A stretch of 64,000 nucleotides of DNA from a virus. The DNA lies in the IMG/VR virus record IMGVR_UViG_3300012000_000008, positions 1 through 64,000 of that record. One strand, 5' to 3'. Shown piece after piece: positions 57,766 through 64,000 of this stretch. The stretch's first letter is position 1. Each line of letters opens with the position of its first letter. A program made the position numbers and the translations under genes. The notes under the pieces are model-generated. The model worked only from the letters and a program-made list of their open reading frames with translations. It did no database searches and was not told the origin of the DNA.

Positions 57766-57966
57766 ATGACAATCGACTATACGAACAAGGATCTGCGTGC
57801 TAAGACCTTTTTCGTTAAGATTGAGCGTAGCCGCAGCGGTGAGTTTATCGTGAAGCGTGCCAAGGTTCTTAACCAGAAGAACCAGTATGCTCGTTCCATT
57901 AGCCGTGTTGATGCTCGCGATCTAACCCGCGCCATCAACCGCAGTGGTGGTCTTAACGTTGCCTAA
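57766..57966 (+). CDS. Small basic protein, likely highly expressed
   Basis: Extended -10 TGTTATAAT; SD AGGAGGT 9 nt before the ATG; CGT/CGC/AAC/ATC-rich codons; downstream terminator. Confidence 0.75.
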   Translation: MTIDYTNKDLRAKTFFVKIERSRSGEFIVKRAKVLNQKNQYARSISRVDARDLTRAINRSGGLNVA

Positions 57967-58001
57967 TTTTATTTAGGCGCTTAATTAATTAAGCGAGTAC
58001 C

Positions 58002-58044
58002 AGAGGGGTGCAAGAGTCAAAAGCTTTTGCACCCCTCTTTTTTT
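58002..58044 (+). terminator. Rho-independent terminator
   Basis: AGAGGGGTGCAAGAG-loop-CTTTTGCACCCCTCT followed by a T-run. Confidence 0.85.
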
Positions 58045-58079
58045 CTTGTAATGCCCCTGATTTCCCTTATAATATGGGC

Positions 58080-58301
58080 ATGATAAAAGAACCACCGTTT
58101 CCAATTGGATTCAAGAAACCCATTGTAAATTTACCTGCTGAAAAAATGCGTAACCGCTTTGGTCGCATGGTGTATGAAGGAAAAGTCGGGGGAGCTATAG
58201 AAATACATACAGCACAATCGTGGAAAGAAAATAAGAAATATTTTTTTGCTGATGGCGCAAGAAGCGCTGTTAAAAATTTTTCAAAAAACGTCTGCAATTA
58301 A
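58080..58301 (+). CDS. Hypothetical protein
   Basis: TTGTAA-N16-TATAAT-N6-ATG defines the start MIKEPP... Confidence 0.5.
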   Translation: MIKEPPFPIGFKKPIVNLPAEKMRNRFGRMVYEGKVGGAIEIHTAQSWKENKKYFFADGARSAVKNFSKNVCN

Positions 58302-59071
58302 AGCTTTTTGTACCTACCACAGCTTCTAAATTTAAGACCGTAATATTTAAACCACTTATTTAACAGCTCAGCGCTAACGTTATTTAGCTGCTTTCTAATC
58401 TGTAATTTATTAAGATGTTGTTTGAAATAAAAATCTATAAGAATTTTTTTATCTGGTATAGGCTTCTCAATGCCTATTACACGGTCTAAAGTTATATTAT
58501 AGGTTTTAAACCATTTATAAATTAAAGAAGCGCTGACTTTATAAATCCTACTTATTTCTTTAGGTGTTTTATTTTGTAAGAGATTAATTAAAGTCTCTTT
58601 ATTAGGTTTTTTAAAACAATATTCTCTATTTTTTTTAGGGGGTATATTAAGCATTTTAAACCATTTGCAGACTGTCATATCAGAAACATTGAATTTAGTA
58701 GCAATTTTTTTAAAGGACATATTGCGGTTAAAATACATTTTCTCTAAAATTGTTTTTTTAGGAAGCTTTTTTGTAATAGTAATTTTAATTAAATGGTATT
58801 GATTACTATTTAGATTTCGCCTTCTACCATAAGACATAGCACTTAGTGCATTTTTAAGTTTATTATTTTTTGGATATGCTTTACATAAAATTAAATGTGC
58901 AAAATAATGTTCTCTAGGGGTGAGAATTATAATATTGTTTTTGTTATTGGAGCCTCCTAAACATTTTGGTTTTATATGATGTCTTTCCGTATAGTTAAAG
59001 TTTGTTTTATTAGAAGAACGAGATGATATGAATTTTCTATATAAATCTTTATAATAGAAAGAACTTTTCAT
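58298..59071 (-). CDS. Free-standing HNH homing endonuclease with tandem HTH domains
   Basis: 'ERHHIKPKCLGGSN..NII.LTPREHYFAH' followed by three HTH-like repeats ending 'KWFK'. Confidence 0.88.
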   Translation of the reverse strand: MKSSFYYKDLYRKFISSRSSNKTNFNYTERHHIKPKCLGGSNNKNNIIILTPREHYFAHLILCKAYPKNNKLKNALSAMSYGRRRNLNSNQYHLIKITITKKLPKKTILEKMYFNRNMSFKKIATKFNVSDMTVCKWFKMLNIPPKKNREYCFKKPNKETLINLLQNKTPKEISRIYKVSASLIYKWFKTYNITLDRVIGIEKPIPDKKILIDFYFKQHLNKLQIRKQLNNVSAELLNKWFKYYGLKFRSCGRYKKL

Positions 59072-59148
59072 AAAATTATTTATGTCCGTATACTATTAGC
59101 CCAAATAACTTCTTGAAAAAAGTAAAATTTCTTTTATTATAAAAGCAC

Positions 59149-59412
59149 ATGAAGATTATTAAAAAAGATTTTGATAATGTAGTAAATGACTGTGCTGCAG
59201 TCAACATTGCCAGAACCAGAGGTGGCACAGTAATTGAATTAACCTTCAAACCACATGCAGGATCCACACAAGGGCACAAGGTGTACATAACAAAAAAAGA
59301 AGTGAATTCTTTGATTACTAACCTTAAATCTACTGTAGATGCATATGAATGTATGCATGACCCTTATGGATACTATTACAAGAAGACAGCAGTTGCTGGA
59401 CGGGATTCATAA
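59149..59412 (+). CDS. Hypothetical protein
   Basis: 87-aa ORF; TTGAAA-N16-TATTAT upstream. Confidence 0.55.
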   Translation: MKIIKKDFDNVVNDCAAVNIARTRGGTVIELTFKPHAGSTQGHKVYITKKEVNSLITNLKSTVDAYECMHDPYGYYYKKTAVAGRDS

Positions 59413-59635
59413 CTTATCTACAGATGAGATAGAAACTCGTCGTCATGAGTTGGACATGTACTTTTTAACAGGTATACCACCACTGTGGGCTGTCAGCAAA
59501 GCCAAAAGTTTCTTGGACGTAGACTATTTAGATGATCGTTTTCTGGAACACTATCAATGCATGCTCAACATGGAATGCCTGGACAGATGCAAAAGTTTCA
59601 AGTTAGTACCAGTACTGGAATTTATATACAATTAA
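59366..59635 (+). CDS. Hypothetical protein
   Basis: ORF filling the gap; start codon uncertain. Confidence 0.45.
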   Translation: MDTITRRQQLLDGIHNLSTDEIETRRHELDMYFLTGIPPLWAVSKAKSFLDVDYLDDRFLEHYQCMLNMECLDRCKSFKLVPVLEFIYN

Positions 59636-61455
59636 TCTGATTCAATAAACGTCAAGGTTGCGTATTGCTCTTTTGAATTTGAATCTAAAGGAGTGAATAC
59701 TAACCACAATTCATCTCTCTGGCCTGCAACAGAGCAACCCAATCTTAAAAACTTTTCAAACCTACTACCCTCTAAATTAATAGAATTGTTAATATTAGAC
59801 ACACCAGAAGCAATTACAGTACCACCAGTAACTGTAACTGTGTTATCCGGTACTACAGCATATTGAAAGTTACTGTTTACATCCACATCATTCCATGTAA
59901 CTGCAGATCCTCCCAGCGTAGGATTAATTACCAATTCATAACGAAATCCTGCAGGAGATGATGCGCTTTGAGGCAAATCATATATACTTGCATTTAAAAC
60001 TTCGTTTACACTATCAAGCTTTTGTGACTGTAATCTTACCCCTATAAGTGCCCTTCTATTTTTTGAAGTGGTAATGGTAATAGCAGTAGTACCGGTATCT
60101 ACTGCACGTGTCACCCCAGTAAAATCTGCACCAGCTTCTGACATGATGGAGCAACATATAATTTTCATGGTAGCAGTACCTGCTCCAATCTGCCTTATCT
60201 CTGCTCTTACAGGCAAGTTGGGTGTGAGCATGTAAGCACCTGCCACGTTACCTGCATTGTTGAATGCATGGCAGTAACATATTTGACCATCAATGCAAAA
60301 ACCAAAACGAGTACGGCCTACACCCAACCACTCATAATCAATGATAAAGATATTAGCAGCAGACAATTGCAATGTCTTGCCACTGGGGCCTTTACCGTCT
60401 AATTTGTCTATGTTCCAATCCTCACGTCGAGCTGATACAGTGGGCACCAAGAAGCCATTGTTTTGCTGTATAACAGCAATAGAACTAGGAGAATCAGTTT
60501 GTGTTTCAAAGTACAATCCACAATTAGGATTATAAGGAGCAGCAGTTAAGCTTTGGAACGATCCAATTCTTTTGATGGCATTGGAAACAGGTGTAAGAAC
60601 TCCAGTATACAAGCACAATTGAGACTTGCCTGGTTGGTAATTGAACCTCTGCGTGGTTTGACGTATGGCATATGCACCATTGGCAGCTGCTGATAGTGTG
60701 ACACTGGCATCTGTGCCTTCACCTGTAAATTGCACTACAGCACCTGTGCCCACAGCTGTTTGTGACCAGAATAAACTTGATTTGTTGTGCAATGTTTTGC
60801 TGTCAAAAAGAGTAGTAGGAAATGAAACTCTTAATCTGCTAAAAGCATCCAAGTTACCAGAATCAAGCGGGTAGGCCACATTTATTGATGCAGAAGCAGG
60901 GTTTAAAACAGTTACAGAACCTGCAATAGGAAGTGTTTGTGCAGCACTAACGCCCACTGTGTTGATTACTTGCAGTGCAGTGACTGGATTGAGTATAGTT
61001 ATTGCACCAGAAACTGCAGCTGTGTTAATAACTGTGGCCAGAAGAGATGTAACTGGGTTGAGTATGGTCACATTACCTGATACTGGAGTAGTTCCATACG
61101 GTATAACAGAAACTGCTCCCATTTCATAACTAATGCCAGATACAACAGCTGTGCTTGTTCTGATAACTTGAGCATGAGTACTGGTACCTGTAGTATAATG
61201 ATCTACCAGCCCAACATCCCCAATATCCACATTGCTGGCAGACAGAACCAATTGAATGTCTGATGCATTTGCCAGGTATGTTATGACACCATATTTGGGA
61301 TAAACATACAGTGAGCTAACAGAAGCTGTAGAAGAATCAGCATACTCCCACTTGACAACTGAAATAGGAGGAAATCTTGCATCGTCCTGAATTTGAACAA
61401 ACTTCTGGTATTCCACCAATTCTTGATTGCTTCTTACATCTGGGTTATAAGACAT
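59632..61455 (-). CDS. Virion structural protein with DAFxRLRVS motif and lectin-like beta-sandwich
   Basis: 'DAFSRLRVSFPTTLFD', 'YQPGKS' and 'DYEWLGVGR'; internal 'ILNPVT' repeats; late motif upstream. Confidence 0.62.
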   Translation of the reverse strand: MSYNPDVRSNQELVEYQKFVQIQDDARFPPISVVKWEYADSSTASVSSLYVYPKYGVITYLANASDIQLVLSASNVDIGDVGLVDHYTTGTSTHAQVIRTSTAVVSGISYEMGAVSVIPYGTTPVSGNVTILNPVTSLLATVINTAAVSGAITILNPVTALQVINTVGVSAAQTLPIAGSVTVLNPASASINVAYPLDSGNLDAFSRLRVSFPTTLFDSKTLHNKSSLFWSQTAVGTGAVVQFTGEGTDASVTLSAAANGAYAIRQTTQRFNYQPGKSQLCLYTGVLTPVSNAIKRIGSFQSLTAAPYNPNCGLYFETQTDSPSSIAVIQQNNGFLVPTVSARREDWNIDKLDGKGPSGKTLQLSAANIFIIDYEWLGVGRTRFGFCIDGQICYCHAFNNAGNVAGAYMLTPNLPVRAEIRQIGAGTATMKIICCSIMSEAGADFTGVTRAVDTGTTAITITTSKNRRALIGVRLQSQKLDSVNEVLNASIYDLPQSASSPAGFRYELVINPTLGGSAVTWNDVDVNSNFQYAVVPDNTVTVTGGTVIASGVSNINNSINLEGSRFEKFLRLGCSVAGQRDELWLVFTPLDSNSKEQYATLTFIESD

Positions 61456-61489
61456 TATAAATATTTAATAGAAAGTATAAATATATTAT
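61456..61489. promoter_or_regulatory. Back-to-back late-type promoters
   Basis: TAAATA-N6-ATG on both strands within a 34-bp spacer. Confidence 0.6.
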
Positions 61490-61750
61490 ATGGCAGATAA
61501 CATTACATACACTTACGTAGACAATTTTCAAACCCGTATTTTTAACAGTTTTGTTAATTTAACCAAAGCTAATCCTACTGCTTATCCTGCTATTTCTTCT
61601 GTAAAATATGAATACAATGACACAGCACTAGGTGGCTCTAATGTGCCTGTTTTAACAGCAGTTTACATATATGATCAGTGGGCATTCCGTGTGGCATCGC
61701 TATCTGGATTTAGCACAGCTGGTGGCTTGCAGACACCTTATGGCCCATAA
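61490..61750 (+). CDS. Small late protein similar to the N-terminus of 59632..61455
   Basis: 'YPAISSVKYEYND' versus 'FPPISVVKWEYAD'. Confidence 0.6.
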   Translation: MADNITYTYVDNFQTRIFNSFVNLTKANPTAYPAISSVKYEYNDTALGGSNVPVLTAVYIYDQWAFRVASLSGFSTAGGLQTPYGP

Positions 61751-61785
61751 GTTGCACTAGTATATTTTTCATATATAATGATTGT

Positions 61786-61932
61786 ATGGCTGGCAAAGGA
61801 TCTAAACCTCGTCCTGTAAAGAAAAAGACATTTGATAATAACTTTGATCAAATTAACTGGTCAACTGTTCAGAATCAACAAGTTAGAAACTTTGTATCCA
61901 AAAAAGGCAAAAAGATTTACAAATATTCTTGA
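61786..61932 (+). CDS. Small basic phage protein MAGKGSKPRP (48 aa, not in ORF track)
   Basis: TTGCAC-N16-TATAAT-N6-ATG; 'GKGSKPRP...FDNNFDQINW' pattern is common in large phages. Confidence 0.65.
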   Translation: MAGKGSKPRPVKKKTFDNNFDQINWSTVQNQQVRNFVSKKGKKIYKYS

Positions 61933-61963
61933 CAGCAGCCATTGTTTCCGTTACAATAGTATT

Positions 61964-62257
61964 ATGAAATTGACACCTGAAGCTGAGCAGTACTTGGATA
62001 CTCTGGAAATGCTATCCAAATCTTTTGATTTCTATGAGATGGAGAGCCGCAAGCTAGATAAAGAAGCAGCAGGCTTGGAGTTTCAAGCTGATGGTGAAGA
62101 TTTTGCTGCAAAACTAGAAAAAGTTGATAAGAAAATGGAAGAACTGTATGTGCGTTACACAAAAGACCGTAAAATTTATTTGGATACCATTCAACAAGTA
62201 AAGAATTATTTCTTCAACAAATATGGGGTAGTTCTGGACCTGGACGAATACAAATAA
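61964..62257 (+). CDS. Coiled-coil hypothetical protein
   Basis: TTGACA-N17-TACAAT-N6-ATG defines the start MKLTPE. Confidence 0.65.
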   Translation: MKLTPEAEQYLDTLEMLSKSFDFYEMESRKLDKEAAGLEFQADGEDFAAKLEKVDKKMEELYVRYTKDRKIYLDTIQQVKNYFFNKYGVVLDLDEYK

Positions 62258-62568
62258 TGCCCTGGAAAAGAATTAAACAAGGCGCTCCCTTCACTTTTCA
62301 AGAGCTAGTCTTCTTCTCACCTCGTCAATTTGATACTCCTGTAGAACTAGAAGAAAAAGAATTCATTTTTCGTCTCAAAGTGTGTGTAAATTCTGGACGT
62401 TGCTTCACAGGTCCTTTTTATGATGATGTGGCCGGTGAAGAAGAAATAACTAGTAAAGAATTTAAAAATCTCATGGACATGGTACACAGTACCCCTGGCA
62501 TTATTATAACAGGCAAAGAGTATGTGAGGTATGATGACTATGGGGGTTTAAAAAAGATTTACGGGTAG
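62257..62568 (+). CDS. Hypothetical protein
   Basis: 103-aa ORF with TAATG coupling. Confidence 0.55.
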   Translation: MPWKRIKQGAPFTFQELVFFSPRQFDTPVELEEKEFIFRLKVCVNSGRCFTGPFYDDVAGEEEITSKEFKNLMDMVHSTPGIIITGKEYVRYDDYGGLKKIYG

Positions 62569-62570
62569 AT

Positions 62571-62821
62571 GGCCCAGTAGTCCAACGGCAGAGACAAACG
62601 ACTTTATTTGGAGTCCTTACATAGGAATATGTATGAAAAAAGCTGTAAATTCGGTGAACGCTTAACTGCCAATACCGAGCCAAACCTATAGGGAGGTGTA
62701 GAGACTATAATCAGCTACTCAGAACGGGTAAAGGTATAGTCCAGACCACAAACATAATGGTAGCGAAAGCTATAGTGGTAAGAAAATCGTTCAAGTGTCA
62801 GTTCGAGTCTGACCTGGGCCA
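62571..62821 (+). tRNA. tRNA-Leu(UAA), short variable loop, split by a group I intron (exons 62571-62604 and 62783-62821)
   Basis: GGCCCAG/CTGGGCC-A; spliced anticodon arm AACGA-CT-TAA-AA-TCGTT; GTCAG-TTCGAGT-CTGAC. Confidence 0.88.
62605..62782 (+). mobile_element. Group I self-splicing intron (178 nt, no ORF)
   Basis: P1 GACTT/GAGTC with U-G at the 5' splice site; P AAATTCGGTGAA; Q AATACCGAGC; R GTAGAGACTA; S AAGGTATAGTCC; GNRA loops; terminal omega-G. Confidence 0.9.
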
Positions 62822-62830
62822 TAATATTTT

Positions 62831-63118
62831 ATGAGCATAGACAATATATTAAAACAAATCATTGGACATCAGAAGATGTTTGCATGGATTATCAAAGAAA
62901 CAGAAAAAATCTTTAAAAAGATTGTGGATTTGGAAACAAAACAATTTGATGCTAAAAAATATGAAAAGCTCAGAGACATGCTCATAGAATTGCAGTTAAG
63001 ATATCAGCAAGATAGAATACAATATCAAAAATCTTTTAAACTCTTAAAAAAGACATTCAAAGAAAATTACGGCATTAACATTGTAGCTTTATTAGAAAGT
63101 GATATTGGTGCAAAATGA
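62831..63118 (+). CDS. Coiled-coil hypothetical protein (paralog of 61964..62257)
   Basis: Shared 'EL..RY..DR..Y......K..F...YG' pattern. Confidence 0.6.
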   Translation: MSIDNILKQIIGHQKMFAWIIKETEKIFKKIVDLETKQFDAKKYEKLRDMLIELQLRYQQDRIQYQKSFKLLKKTFKENYGINIVALLESDIGAK

Positions 63119-63152
63119 TGGCATTACTCTGTAAGCATAGTATAATACTAGT

Positions 63153-63353
63153 ATGAAATTGACAGATCTTATGGACAAAAAAATATTGTTTGTTCATTTT
63201 CCTGTGTCTAAGCATGCAGTCATTGAAGGAACAGTAAAAGAATTATCGCCTTCTAAAAATTTTGTAAAAATAAATAATGATTGGTATTTGATTGAAAATA
63301 TCAGGATTCTGGAATTATTTTCTGATGATAAGAAGAAATTAGGCTTTAGCTAA
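63153..63353 (+). CDS. Hypothetical protein
   Basis: 66-aa ORF; TATAAT-N6-ATG. Confidence 0.55.
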   Translation: MKLTDLMDKKILFVHFPVSKHAVIEGTVKELSPSKNFVKINNDWYLIENIRILELFSDDKKKLGFS

Positions 63354-64000
63354 TTCATTGTCCGCATAATTATAAAAATGTTTGTATGCATGCAAAAAGG
63401 CCACATCTGCTTGTTCATGCATGGGCACAGTCCATCCACTCTTGTCAAACCAATTGCCCTGATTTTTTGAATCATATTGTGCCCAGTCTGCCCAAATTCC
63501 TGTTTTTAGATTAGCATGTTGAAATACGAAACTTAAACTAGCATCTGACCATTCAACAGGCCTGGTGTCCAGTGCATAAATTTCATTCCAATTAATGTTT
63601 TTTATGTTTTTAAAGGCTTGAATAAAGCTGGTTCTTTTGAAAATAGTACCACCGCATGCACCATAGCTTTGCAAAGAACCATTTCTATTCCAATGATTTC
63701 TTGTGTTCTTGTTTTCATTGTGTAGATTGCATAAAAAATTAAAAAGCTCAGGCTTCCACAATGGTCCATTGGCCCCTTCCAAATCAAGATCAGGGTATTT
63801 TGCTATACGTCTCTTGCACCAAACATCATCTTCAAACAAAATTATGTAATCTGTGTCGTTCAAATAACCTGTACAAGAGGCATATATTCTTTCCAACCAT
63901 TTCAAATTTGTCTCTAAGTTGTGTACAGGCCGGCCAAAATGCTTTGAGCTAATACCTGATTGATTGATCTGTGTTAAATTGACGGAAAATTTTTCTTTAA
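63339..64000 (-). CDS. Glycosyltransferase-like protein, 5'-truncated by the window edge
   Basis: Frame is open to the window end; 'DYIILFEDDVW' and 'YGACGGTIF'. Confidence 0.55.
   Translation of the reverse strand, partial: KEKFSVNLTQINQSGISSKHFGRPVHNLETNLKWLERIYASCTGYLNDTDYIILFEDDVWCKRRIAKYPDLDLEGANGPLWKPELFNFLCNLHNENKNTRNHWNRNGSLQSYGACGGTIFKRTSFIQAFKNIKNINWNEIYALDTRPVEWSDASLSFVFQHANLKTGIWADWAQYDSKNQGNWFDKSGWTVPMHEQADVAFLHAYKHFYNYADNELAKA

Noticed and set aside
62571-62821. Ochre suppressor (UUA) or Lys (UUU) tRNA read from the unspliced CTTTA
   Set aside because: Splicing at the P1 U-G and omega-G gives a 7-nt loop CU-UAA-AA; other junctions give an 8-nt loop.
1-64000. Stop-codon reassignment
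   Set aside because: Long genes are intact and densely packed in code 11, all three stop codons end genes, and no suppressor tRNA was found.
1-64000. Eukaryotic giant virus (RFC-like, GT31, LRR and GDP-mannose epimerase genes) or integrated prophage
   Set aside because: T4-type baseplate, endolysin, lipoproteins, tmRNA and sigma70 motifs indicate a bacteriophage; no integrase, att site or host housekeeping genes are seen.
1-64000. Assignment of a specific host taxon
   Set aside because: The sequence only supports a peptidoglycan-containing, probably diderm host; anything finer needs homology or spacer searches.

Overview
This 64 kb window is AT-rich, densely coding DNA from a large T4-like (myovirus) bacteriophage, read in standard code 11. 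Spanin-like lipoproteins point to a diderm host. From 1 to 28.4 kb lie baseplate, hub, wedge and tail-fibre genes (gp53-, gp27-, gp25- and gp6-like; very large beta-propeller, LRR and lectin proteins; Mtd-N and S74 fibres), with a small-terminase-like gene, dUTPase and a clamp loader inserted among them. From 28.4 to 40.1 kb is a very AT-rich sugar-modification/glycosyltransferase island. From 40 to 44 kb are small genes, a PD-(D/E)XK nuclease, a dCMP deaminase and a ferritin-like gene. From 44 to 48.7 kb are a tRNA cluster (Glu, Tyr, Asn, Thr, Gln, Arg, several with non-canonical structure), an unexplained structured RNA, a lysis cassette and a tmRNA with an unusually long tag ending in ELV. 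From 48.7 to 64 kb are a sulfotransferase, a GT9-like gene, a beta-helix repeat fibre, a Pro-Thr repeat protein, an HNH endonuclease and a tRNA-Leu(UAA) split by a 178-nt group I intron. The most notable signals are the minimal tRNA group I intron, the non-canonical tmRNA tag, an elbow-altered tRNA-Arg that appears to be transcribed without a leader, V-arm tRNA-Asn and tRNA-Thr, window-wide leaderless promoter geometry, and an LS[A/G/S] motif enriched in virion proteins next to a large glycosylation toolkit. All product calls come from motif recognition by eye; no database searches were run.
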